Part shown: positions 18,895 through 28,831 of the stretch, in pieces
How the letters are laid out: each line of letters begins with the position of its first letter
Numbering within the stretch: the stretch's first letter is position 1
NCBI GenBank assembly: GCA_018303285.1
Contig: JAGVYL010000002.1
Coordinates: 6,483 to 47,102, forward strand
DNA: 40,620 bases
Direction of reading: 5' to 3'
DNA from: Candidatus Woesearchaeota archaeon
GTDB lineage: Archaea; Nanobdellota; Nanobdellia; Woesearchaeales; GW2011-AR9
Notes under the pieces: model-generated
Told to the model about the DNA's origin: nothing
Database searches by the model: none
Seen by the model: only the letters and a program-made list of their open reading frames with translations
Program-made: the position numbers and the translations under genes

Positions 18895-19448
18895 TTTCTC
18901 TTCTCCGTTTTTTCATAATTACATTTTATTTTTGGATTAGAAGAAGTTGCTGTAGCTTGATAAGCAGTCAAATCTTCTAAAGTAATATATCCATCATTAT
19001 TGAGATCATCTGCAGGAGATAAGTAACAATCACCATTGACATCTGCAGGAATAAAGTTATCTTTAATTGTTCCTGCGACCAAATATGCAATCATAGATGG
19101 AGATAATTCACCTTTTCTGACCTTATCGCAATCGCTGTTCCACAATATGTATTCCATTATTAGAGATTTAGCATATTCTAACGAGCCAAGCCGGCCATCT
19201 TTTGGATCAGCTTTTTCACTCGAGCAGGGAGATTGCCAGCCATCATATCTTTGAATTGTTTTTGCTAATTCGGTGAAGCAAGTTAAGTCCTTTTCCATCA
19301 ACTCTACAGAAGATGAAGATGAACAAGTGGCTTTGTCTGCTAAAGTAGTCTTAGAATAAGCAGGAGCATCTGCCAAAGCAGGCGAACTAGTTAACCCTAA
19401 ATAAAATGCTGCCAGTCCAGTTATGATTGCCGTTTTTATGTTTACCAT
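18891..19448 (-). CDS. secreted protein with tandem EF-hand/dockerin-like Ca-binding loops
   Basis: Signal peptide ALA-D; 'DVNGDCYLSPAD' and 'DLNNDGYITLED'; TATA TTTATAAA at ~19508. Confidence 0.75.
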   Translation of the reverse strand: MVNIKTAIITGLAAFYLGLTSSPALADAPAYSKTTLADKATCSSSSSVELMEKDLTCFTELAKTIQRYDGWQSPCSSEKADPKDGRLGSLEYAKSLIMEYILWNSDCDKVRKGELSPSMIAYLVAGTIKDNFIPADVNGDCYLSPADDLNNDGYITLEDLTAYQATATSSNPKIKCNYEKTEKRK

Positions 19449-19581
19449 TTTGTGTTATCTCTTTATTTTTTAAGTTATCCTCATTCTGTGCTTAAAATCT
19501 CTCTAGTTTATAAACTTTTTGTTATTTTTATCACTTTAGAGTAGTCTCCAAACAAAGAGGACTGAATCTGTCATTTTTCTC

Positions 19582-21129
19582 TCATTCCAGCACTTCCATC
19601 ATGTGTCCCAGCAGCTTGTACGTTTTTACTCTTATAGATTCCTGCGTTTTCCATCCTGCTCTGTACCATAACACATGTTTTGACAATTTACTTCCTACTT
19701 TTCCGCGAGGGTCATCATCTAACCTCAACGTTTTAGTAGTAGGCAAGCCTTGATAGACATCTAATGCTGCATGAACTGTTCCGTCCAACATCCTTTGCGT
19801 AAGCGCCATCTGATCTACCGCGTTGCCGTCACTAGTGTTGATGAAGTATGTTCCTGCTCGCATCAGTCCAATCCTCTCTGCAGAGATAAGCCCTTCTGCT
19901 TTATGCGCTTTCACGTTTACAGAGACAATATCACTTGTTTCTAACAAAGTGTCTAGCTCTATATATTCATAGTCTACCGCTTTCTTTGTCGGACCAGCAT
20001 ATTGAACTTTCATACCTAAAGCAGCTCCAATTTGTGCTACTCTCCCGCCAATTCTACCCAATCCTACTATTCCCAACTTTTTACCTCTCAATGTTTCATC
20101 GTAATGGGAAAGGCTTTGGACATCAATCGCTTTATCTTTTTTGATAAGTTGAATCTTTCGTTTTACTGTTTCACTTACTTTATTAGAATCATATACAATA
20201 GTTTCGTGAGTGGCTAAGTACTTGTAAAATTCTGCACTACTTTCATCAATAGTTACTACTCTGTCCACTTTTATCTTAAAGCCCTCAGCCAAAACGGATT
20301 CCAAGTAATCTAAGCTCGTTTGTTCACCCAGTATTCCCACACGTTTCCCTTCCAGCAATTGTTCAGGCAGGATTTCATCTAAAGTCTTATCGTTAAAGCC
20401 GCCATAATGTTCCTGCGATCTTCCCAACTTATGAAATTGGTGTGAAAACTTGCCTCTGCGAGTACTTCTCTCGTTGAGGTGTGATTTTCTGTAGCGAGTA
20501 AACAAGCTGCTAAGAACGCCAATGGCAATATCCTCATCAGTCTCTGCTTTTTTATCTGTCTTTTTGGTTCTCTCAATTAATTTTACTAAGCCATCAAACT
20601 CTAGTTCTGATACTGCATCCGTCCCGTAATCCTGAACGCAGTTTGTATATATCCTTGCTTTACGTGTTTTCTCTACATCTAAGCGATGTTCAAATTCATG
20701 GGTCCAAGTGATAATGGCTTTAGTTTGACCATCCTCTACTAATTTATCTAAAACCGTCCCAGGGATGTTCGTCCAGCAGGTAAGCACACAATCAGCTCCT
20801 TTCACTCTGTTGTACAAGCACTGTGCAGAAACATCTTCTCTTAGTCCGGCTTCAGTCCAACATTGTGCTGTTTTTAATCTCTCATGCAATTCTGGAGTAA
20901 TTCCTTCAAAACTCTCCGGCAAACTAGACGGCCAGATAATTATGTTCGCATCAGTTGGAATCTCATAACTTTCTGGAACCACCCACTGCTTACTCGCCTC
21001 ATCATAAGTCATAGGGACTCGTTCAATTTTAGGCTTCTCAACTAACTGTTTAAGTACGGCTTCGTGCTCAGGATAGAAGATTATTGTATCCAAAGCCACT
21101 ACTTTTTTGAATTTTTGTACCGTTTTCAT
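19582..21129 (-). CDS. atypical D-2-hydroxyacid dehydrogenase-like NAD(P)-binding protein
   Basis: 'DYGTDAVSE', 'LRGKKLGIVGLGRIG', 'LLETSDIVSV', 'INTSDG', 'ALDVY'; ~180-aa internal insertion. Confidence 0.8.
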   Translation of the reverse strand: MKTVQKFKKVVALDTIIFYPEHEAVLKQLVEKPKIERVPMTYDEASKQWVVPESYEIPTDANIIIWPSSLPESFEGITPELHERLKTAQCWTEAGLREDVSAQCLYNRVKGADCVLTCWTNIPGTVLDKLVEDGQTKAIITWTHEFEHRLDVEKTRKARIYTNCVQDYGTDAVSELEFDGLVKLIERTKKTDKKAETDEDIAIGVLSSLFTRYRKSHLNERSTRRGKFSHQFHKLGRSQEHYGGFNDKTLDEILPEQLLEGKRVGILGEQTSLDYLESVLAEGFKIKVDRVVTIDESSAEFYKYLATHETIVYDSNKVSETVKRKIQLIKKDKAIDVQSLSHYDETLRGKKLGIVGLGRIGGRVAQIGAALGMKVQYAGPTKKAVDYEYIELDTLLETSDIVSVNVKAHKAEGLISAERIGLMRAGTYFINTSDGNAVDQMALTQRMLDGTVHAALDVYQGLPTTKTLRLDDDPRGKVGSKLSKHVLWYRAGWKTQESIRVKTYKLLGHMMEVLE

Positions 21130-21190
21130 GTGATTGCCTCCGTGTTTTAATCTTTGTTTATCACTATAAAGTAAACACAGAGGTTACTAC

Positions 21191-21233
21191 TTTAATATTT
21201 GTTGTCTTATTGATAAAACGACAAGTTTAAAAA
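21191..21233. promoter_or_regulatory. divergent promoters with central imperfect palindrome
   Basis: TTGTC-N13-GACAA (21202-21224) between TATA-like TTTAATAT (21191) and TTTAAAAA (21226). Confidence 0.5.
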
Positions 21234-21254
21234 GTCCAAGATTATTCTCTCATA

Positions 21255-22403
21255 ATGGACATAAAAATCATCAGTGATAATTTTGATCTTACTAAAACCG
21301 AAGTAAACATCTATCTCTCGCTTCTTGAGCTAGGTGAAGCTACCGCAGCAGAGATTGCCTTAAAGAACGGCCTAAACCGAACCTTTACTTACGATCGAAT
21401 TGACAAACTATTAAAGAAGGGCTTGGCAAGCTATTACATCAAAGATGATAAAAAATACTTTAAGCCTGCTGATCCTTCCCAACTCATTGCTCTATTGAAA
21501 GAACATCAAGAAGAGATTCTGTCTAAGCTTAAGAAAAGAGAACAACAAGTTCAAGAGCTAATCCCCACACTGCAAAAATTTCAGAAGCCTAAAGAAAAAG
21601 TGCCATTGGTAGAGTTGTACTCCACCAAGAAAGGCATTAAAACTGTGCTTAATATCGCTTTGCGGGATAAAAACGAACTTTATATTCATGGGTCAATCGA
21701 TAAATTCGGTGAAACCATGGAGCATTATTATGAAATCTGGAATAAGCAGCGAGCAGAAGCAAACATAAACACTAAAGTCTTAACTGCAGATACCATTCAA
21801 TTAGACCGTGCCGAAACTGATTTTCTTGCCTCGGAAGAAAACGGGAATTCTACCACGTTCATCTTTGGGAATAATGTGGTCATTGTCTTATGGAGCCAGT
21901 TTCCCGTAGCCATTAGAATGCAAAGTGCAGAACTAGCTAAGAGCATGATTAAATCCTTTTTTACCTTATGGAATCGAGAAGTGAAGATTTATAGCGGAGT
22001 ACAGGGAATACAACGAGCTTATTGGGAATTAATATCTGGCAAAGCTAAAACTTATCGAGGTTACGGCTATTCCAAGCAGCTGGCCAACATTTACACCACT
22101 GAATTCAGTAATGCCTGGCATGTAGAGCGATTGAAAAATGGTATCGATAATAAGATAATTTCGTTTGACGATACCGCTTCCAGAGAATATTTTGGACCAA
22201 GAACAAAGAAGATCGGCTTATTTGAAGTTAGATTCTTAGACAAAGATTTGCAAGGCCCCGTGTGCGTAACTTTCTCGGAAAACTTAGTGGTTACATTTAT
22301 TTATACGGAAAAAGAATTAAAAGTAATCTTAAACAAAAACAAAGAAAGCATCGCTGCGTATAAAAGACATTTTGAATATCTTTGGAAAAGGGCGAAAAAG
22401 TAA
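21255..22403 (+). CDS. TrmB-family regulator with duplicated effector domain
   Basis: wHTH 'LTKTEVNIYLSLLELG'; two 'Y...GI...F..LW' effector repeats. Confidence 0.85.
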   Translation: MDIKIISDNFDLTKTEVNIYLSLLELGEATAAEIALKNGLNRTFTYDRIDKLLKKGLASYYIKDDKKYFKPADPSQLIALLKEHQEEILSKLKKREQQVQELIPTLQKFQKPKEKVPLVELYSTKKGIKTVLNIALRDKNELYIHGSIDKFGETMEHYYEIWNKQRAEANINTKVLTADTIQLDRAETDFLASEENGNSTTFIFGNNVVIVLWSQFPVAIRMQSAELAKSMIKSFFTLWNREVKIYSGVQGIQRAYWELISGKAKTYRGYGYSKQLANIYTTEFSNAWHVERLKNGIDNKIISFDDTASREYFGPRTKKIGLFEVRFLDKDLQGPVCVTFSENLVVTFIYTEKELKVILNKNKESIAAYKRHFEYLWKRAKK

Positions 22404-22536
22404 TACTATTTATTGATAATGCTCTATTCTTTTAACTATTAAACATATAATACGTTTAATCATTTACTTTCTCACTTTCGTGGATTTGTAGAGGTGTGCA
22501 AAAGAAGAGAAAAACGTTTCTTCTGCTCCACCTGAT

Positions 22537-23553
<1,017 letters not shown>

Positions 23554-23644
23554 TTATACTGACCGGAAAGGCGGCAGGTTTTAAAAAGGTATTTGTGATT
23601 TCATTTCCACAAAAGTTATAAATGGAAAAATAATCTTTTGAAAC

Positions 23645-23848
23645 ATGCTGGAAAAAATGGTGGAGAATGAAAAATTTTGTTTAGATACTAAAGCAAAACA
23701 GACTACGATCTCTCACGAAGGATGGCAGTACAAAGGGATGCTTAAACAACATTATTATGACACTGAGAAAAGAATCGAAGGGATTATATGTTATGATTGC
23801 ATGTATGTTCCAGCATTAGACCGATATGCATGGACTAAACGGCCTTAA
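23645..23848 (+). CDS. small hypothetical protein
   Basis: 67-aa ORF with TATA TTATAAAT ~28 nt upstream; CxxC. Confidence 0.5.
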   Translation: MLEKMVENEKFCLDTKAKQTTISHEGWQYKGMLKQHYYDTEKRIEGIICYDCMYVPALDRYAWTKRP

Positions 23849-23858
23849 AAACATTGAG

Positions 23859-24003
23859 TTATTCTTGTTTTTTTATTTTAGCAATGAAAAAACTATCGTC
23901 ACTCACTCTATTCGTGCTGGAAGTTTCTTTATCTTGGCGATAAAAAAACTATCGTCACTCATTCTATTCTTGCCGGAAGTTTTTTTATTTTAGCAATAAA
24001 AAA
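23859..24003 (-). repeat. 56-bp tandem triplication of the RsmB gene 3' end, creating two coupled micro-ORFs (23903-23962, 23859-23906)
   Basis: Units encode FFIAKIKKLPARIE*, MSDDSFFIAKIKKLPARIE* and MSDDSFFIAKIKKQE*. Confidence 0.85.
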
Positions 24004-24921
24004 ACCTTCCGTATCATTGTCCTGCGGCCAAATACGCAAGCACTTTTTTATTTCTGGAGAATATGTTTCTTTTTCAAACTGTAGAACGGCCGGACTGTGC
24101 TTTAAACCGTGCAGTTTTATTTCTTCCAATCTGGCTGCAGGATATTTCTCCAAAAGCCAATTGATTACTCCTTCATCTTCTTCCGGCTCTAAAGTGCAGG
24201 TAGAATAAACCAGCTCTCCGCCTTCTTTAAGATTGTTGAAAGCTGTTTCCAAAAGCTTTCTTTGCTGAGAAGCCAACCGTTTGGCCGCTTGAGGATTCCA
24301 CCAGTTAAGAATGCGGGGAGATTTCATAATTGTTCCTGTACCTGTACAGGGGGCGTCCAAAAGAATCTTATCGAACTGTATGGTCTTAAAACCATAGCCA
24401 GTCATATTTGTAACTACCACATTGAGAATGCCGCTTCTCTGAAGATTAATTCCCAAGGATTTGATTCTTTCTCCGCTCAGCTCATTGGCAATGATAATTC
24501 CTTTGTTCTGCATCATGGCGGCCATCTGAGTTGTTTTACTCCCTGGAGCAGCACACATATCCAAAACAATCTCTCCTGGTTTCGGCTGAAGAACAATAGG
24601 GGGAATCATGGATGAAGCATCTTGGACGTAGAAATAGCCAAGATGATGCTCAAGCAGATTACCGATGTCTCGGCGTTCTTCTCTCTTATGGCTGATCCAG
24701 AATCCTTCCTTACACCAAGGAATAGGCTGAAGAGACCAGTTTTTTTCTATGCGGTTTTTTAATTCAGAAGCAGATATTTTGAGAGTGTTAGCACGGATAG
24801 AACGGCGAAGAAAAGAGAGAGAAGCTTGTTTGAATGTTTCCCAATCAGTTAATTGAGAGTATCTCTCGATAAACTTTTCTTTGAAAACGTATTTGCCGGC
24901 ATTGGGGAAGGGGGGAAGCAT
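23959..24921 (-). CDS. RsmB/NOP2 (NOL1/NOP2/Sun) RNA m5C methyltransferase
   Basis: 'YVQDASSM', 'LDMCAAPGSKT', 'LLDAPCTG', 'VYSTCT', 'EGFFIA'. Confidence 0.95.
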   Translation of the reverse strand: MLPPFPNAGKYVFKEKFIERYSQLTDWETFKQASLSFLRRSIRANTLKISASELKNRIEKNWSLQPIPWCKEGFWISHKREERRDIGNLLEHHLGYFYVQDASSMIPPIVLQPKPGEIVLDMCAAPGSKTTQMAAMMQNKGIIIANELSGERIKSLGINLQRSGILNVVVTNMTGYGFKTIQFDKILLDAPCTGTGTIMKSPRILNWWNPQAAKRLASQQRKLLETAFNNLKEGGELVYSTCTLEPEEDEGVINWLLEKYPAARLEEIKLHGLKHSPAVLQFEKETYSPEIKKCLRIWPQDNDTEGFFIAKIKKLPARIE

Positions 24922-24974
24922 TTAGAAAGAAAACGAGGAGTTCTTTTTATATTATTTTGAAAAAATAAAGAACT

Positions 24975-25018
24975 TATTTATTCGGTATTTATTCGATATT
25001 TATTCGGTATTTATTCTG
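24975..25018. repeat. 11-bp tandem repeat x4 (TATTTATTCNN)
   Basis: TATTTATTCGG, TATTTATTCGA, TATTTATTCGG, TATTTATTCTG; last unit contains the stop codon of the 801-aa gene. Confidence 0.85.
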
Positions 25019-27401
25019 CTTTACAAGTTAGTTTATATTTCAGGCACGGTCCACACGGGTTTTTACTGCAATATGAACCATCTTTGCCGCCCATAATTTG
25101 ATAGTACCTTTCTTCGGCTTGCTGCCAAAGCCAGTCTGGAGGGTCAGTGCTTATCACTAAATCGTATTCTAACTGGGCACAAGATAAACATTTTTTGGCT
25201 TCAGGAATTGGCAACTCGCTGTATACAGAAAATATTTCTTCATAATTTCCTCCGTAAGCCCTAAATGCATACGGATAAAAACCAGTTTCTTCCCGTATGA
25301 AATGCGTATACCTGTTTCTTAAATCCTCTGCCCCCTCAATTTTTTCCTCGGTCCAATAATCCAGATTAGCGCCAATCTTTTGGATGTAGTCCGCTCTGAG
25401 GGGGGAATCCTTACTTTCTAGCATAAGAGATTTTAAATGTTCTCCGTTTGCTACACCTTTTCCCAGGTCTTGTGCTTTTCTTGCTAATTCTTCTACTTCT
25501 TCGACCATTATTTCAAAATCTTCAGAAGAACTAACATATATCTCATCCGCAAGATTAACCGCTATCGTGTTTTCTTTCATTTCAATACCTCTCGATTTAA
25601 GGATAGCTTTAAGGTGTTTATCTCCTAATTCCATAATCTGACTATTTAATTCTTTTTCAGTTATTTCTTCGGATTCAAATCTTTCTAAAAGCAATCCTTC
25701 TTCAACAAGATATTCTGGTGAATCTTTAAGATGTACCTCGGAAGCTTCTTTAGAAATTATATACCCCTTCAGAATGTGTTTAAACTCATGATCTAATGTT
25801 CCTAAAGGCGTGGTCCCAGTTCTGATTGCAGGATTAAAAGAAATAGTGGAACCGTCCATCATTCTTTCTCCTACGGATAAGGTTAACAAAGTGCCTCCGG
25901 CATTTAACTGAGTGCCAAAGTACACTTGAGAGATGTATTTGTTCAGGCTGGTTTTTCCTTTTAGCCATTGGTCTGTAGTTTGGGCTAGATTAGCTGTAAT
26001 CTCTTGGTATTCTGGAGGAGTAGGATTGCCATACCCTTTTTTAAGATACTCTTCTATACTTTCTGGTGTAGCCATTCCGATAGAAAAATCTATTTGGGGG
26101 TGTTTCACCCGCAGATCATCCATAGTTTTCATCATATTCGATTCAATAAAATCAGAAACCTCCAGCCCCAGACTATTTCCCCCTATAGGTTTATCGTTTC
26201 TTAACAAAAGATATCTATTTGAAGAGCTTGTTCTAAGAAGGTCTGCGAAATTATTTGAGATCAATTCCATAGCAACACTATTCCGTTGGTCTATCGGGCC
26301 GGCCTTTCCTTCGAATGGCTTGGAAGGAATCATAGTCAGTTTTCCTTCCTGGACGTTTATTCCCATTCGGCCATTTTCTAAACTTGTTTTTCCGCCTCCG
26401 TTCTGATGCCTTAATAAAGGAGTTTTTTCCGCTTCGGCACGAGAAATAACCTCTAAATTATCTCCCCCCAAAACAGTTATAGACAGCGTATCTCTCTCAT
26501 CAGGCACCCAGGTAAACTTATCTTTAATCAGCTTTCCATCTTCATCTTTCTCGTACTGCCGTTTTACCATATTGAACAGAAGATTTCCCGGTAGAGGATC
26601 GATTTTAACCGTTCCGTCTTTAGTCGTTCTGATATCTAATCCTGCATCAGAGATAGCTATATAATTACCTTCTGGTTTGATTAAAGGATTAAAATGAATA
26701 TCTATCGGATTGGTCTCTGCGAGAATCTCGTAAAAATCTATTCTTGCCGTATTCCCTAGTTTCACATAGCTTTGACCATTTCTAAAACTAAGCGATTTAA
26801 CGGACAGAACAGAGCCATCTTTTCCAATGTATGCTGTTTCCTCCTGTATGGTAAAACTATCTTCAAAAGAAATGCTGCTTTCTTGAATTTCCTTGAGACC
26901 GAGATGATTTATCTCTCCGTTTTCATCTATTTCTACTTCCCAGCCTTCCTTTCCGGCAAAGACTAAACTCTCCTCTTCTCCAAAAGTAGCTCTAAGAATA
27001 CCGTGGACGATTTTAGCGCTCTGGCCTAAGCTTTTAACCTTGATTTGGGTTACTTTTTCGATCGCCTCTCTGGCGCGCTCTTCGTTTACATCAATCGCTA
27101 AATTGTTAATTTTTTCTAGATTAAGAACGATTTGTTCTGTGGTCGTAGCCAAACGTTGATCCACGTTAAGTTGATTGTAGTTTAGTTTATCTGCGGGGAC
27201 ATCGGGAATTCTGGAGGGGGGAATTTTACTCCAGATTGCATTACCCCAATCGATAGAAGAATAATCGCCGGTTTGATAATTGAACTGCTCTGGTGCATCT
27301 TTGTTCCAAGGACAATCAATATCTTCTGGACAAGCGGCAAAAGAGATAGGAAGAACTAACAAGATAACTAGTATGAATAGATTAAGTTTATTCTTTTTCA
27401 T
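25011..27401 (-). CDS. large secreted HExxH metalloprotease-like protein, partner of module 3
   Basis: Signal peptide; HEFKH; 'YAFRAYGGNYEEIF'; C-terminal YCSKNPCGPCLKYKLTCKAE; paralog of 11494-14088. Confidence 0.8.
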   Translation of the reverse strand: MKKNKLNLFILVILLVLPISFAACPEDIDCPWNKDAPEQFNYQTGDYSSIDWGNAIWSKIPPSRIPDVPADKLNYNQLNVDQRLATTTEQIVLNLEKINNLAIDVNEERAREAIEKVTQIKVKSLGQSAKIVHGILRATFGEEESLVFAGKEGWEVEIDENGEINHLGLKEIQESSISFEDSFTIQEETAYIGKDGSVLSVKSLSFRNGQSYVKLGNTARIDFYEILAETNPIDIHFNPLIKPEGNYIAISDAGLDIRTTKDGTVKIDPLPGNLLFNMVKRQYEKDEDGKLIKDKFTWVPDERDTLSITVLGGDNLEVISRAEAEKTPLLRHQNGGGKTSLENGRMGINVQEGKLTMIPSKPFEGKAGPIDQRNSVAMELISNNFADLLRTSSSNRYLLLRNDKPIGGNSLGLEVSDFIESNMMKTMDDLRVKHPQIDFSIGMATPESIEEYLKKGYGNPTPPEYQEITANLAQTTDQWLKGKTSLNKYISQVYFGTQLNAGGTLLTLSVGERMMDGSTISFNPAIRTGTTPLGTLDHEFKHILKGYIISKEASEVHLKDSPEYLVEEGLLLERFESEEITEKELNSQIMELGDKHLKAILKSRGIEMKENTIAVNLADEIYVSSSEDFEIMVEEVEELARKAQDLGKGVANGEHLKSLMLESKDSPLRADYIQKIGANLDYWTEEKIEGAEDLRNRYTHFIREETGFYPYAFRAYGGNYEEIFSVYSELPIPEAKKCLSCAQLEYDLVISTDPPDWLWQQAEERYYQIMGGKDGSYCSKNPCGPCLKYKLTCKAE

Positions 27402-28131
27402 TATAACGCACCGCAAATCTCAAATGATATTTTTCCCCTTCGTGAAGATACTCGCTTTGTTCTATATCAAACAGATAGGTGTCATTACTAACAGAAAGAA
27501 GATTAACGAAAAGACCATTTTGGGAAGCTAATTCTGAAAAACAGCTTAAACAGACTTCTTCGTCTTTTTGGGATTGAACAATCTGCTTGGCCGTCTGAAA
27601 GGCAGAGTACATCTTTTTAGATGAGATTTCCGTAACAAAGGAAGAAATCTCTTTGACTTGATTATTTTTGGTGATAGTTGCCAGAAGATTGGTGTTCAGA
27701 ATTATTTTTTGCGTAGTTAAGATGACCTGAGAAGAAGGTTTAGAAAAATTAATGTTATAATCGGAATCTTTGGAGAAATCAGTTACGCATAAGCCAACTA
27801 ATGAATCAACGTATTTAGATAATTGCTGGGCGAGGATTTCATCTGTAGGAAAAATGTTTTCTTTTCCATTAAGATAGTAGGGGACATTTTCTGTTGATTC
27901 TAATGTTGATTTTTCCGATAGAATGAAGTAACCGCCCCGCCGGCTGTTCTCAAAGACGGCATCTTCCAGAGTTTTCTTTAGGCAAGATTGAATATATTCT
28001 TGAATTGGACCAGTGTTTAAAACGTTTGGCTCCGGCTTCTCTTTAAAGGAAAAAAAGAAAAACGCGGCAAGGATAAGAAAAAGGAAAATACCAAAAATAA
28101 TAAAAATAGTAATTTGCCCCGTTTTAGCCAT
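27388..28131 (-). CDS. class III signal peptide (pilin-like) membrane protein, paralog 3
   Basis: MAKTG-QITIFIIFG; 'GPIQEYIQSCLKKT', 'GGYFILSEKST...NVPYY', 'CLSC'. Confidence 0.85.
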   Translation of the reverse strand: MAKTGQITIFIIFGIFLFLILAAFFFFSFKEKPEPNVLNTGPIQEYIQSCLKKTLEDAVFENSRRGGYFILSEKSTLESTENVPYYLNGKENIFPTDEILAQQLSKYVDSLVGLCVTDFSKDSDYNINFSKPSSQVILTTQKIILNTNLLATITKNNQVKEISSFVTEISSKKMYSAFQTAKQIVQSQKDEEVCLSCFSELASQNGLFVNLLSVSNDTYLFDIEQSEYLHEGEKYHLRFAVRYNEKE

Positions 28132-28164
28132 ATGCTCGTTAAACAACGGATTACAATTAAAAAT

Positions 28165-28709
28165 CTATCTATTTTTTACAGTAGTTTTTGCTCCGGTCAG
28201 ATCCACAATTTGCGATGGGCGGCCGCGCTTCTCTCCTTCATAAATGATAAAATCCAAGCCACGCTTGATATCAGGATGGAGATTTTCATGGGAAGTCATA
28301 AACGGCTCGCCAGTGCGGTTGGCGGAGGTGGTAATAATTGGAGTATTTACTGCCGAAACAAAATCCTGCATCCAATGGCTGGGAATTCTTACACCGAGTG
28401 TATTCTTATCTAGATGGACACTTTTGGCCACGCAACTTTTGTTTTTCATTTTCAAAATTAAAGTGTAAGGGCCGGGCAGTTTACCTAACCATTCTTCTGC
28501 TTTTTTATCCACTACACAATTCTCTCTAATCCAATCGACAGAAGGAGCCCATACAGAGAAAGGCTTATCGCTTTGGCCTTTTAGTTCTCTGACTTTCTTT
28601 ACTGCTTTTTCGTCTTTAGCATTACATCCCAAACCGTAGATAGTATCGCTAGGATGTCGGCAATCTGAGGAGCAGCTAATTCCAATTCATGCTTATTTAA
28701 CATATCCAC
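28165..28709 (-). pseudogene. tsaC: threonylcarbamoyl-AMP synthase (TsaC/Sua5), frameshifted near N-terminus
   Basis: 'PSDTIYGLGCNA', 'K.Q..KPFS', 'LPGPYTLIL', 'TLGVRIP', 'TTSAN'; SD-linked N-terminus (28709/28703) is out of frame at ~28655. Confidence 0.8.
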
Positions 28710-28831
28710 ATAAATCACCCCAGTACCCAGCGCAAAACCACTGTTTATAAGTATTACGTATATACCTCATATTTACCTAAGAATAAATGTAAATAGTGCT
28801 AAATACAGGTTATATTGTATAGAGAAACGGA

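Noticed and set aside
23859-25018. CRISPR-like arrays
   Set aside because: Repeats are contiguous duplications without unique spacers; no cas genes
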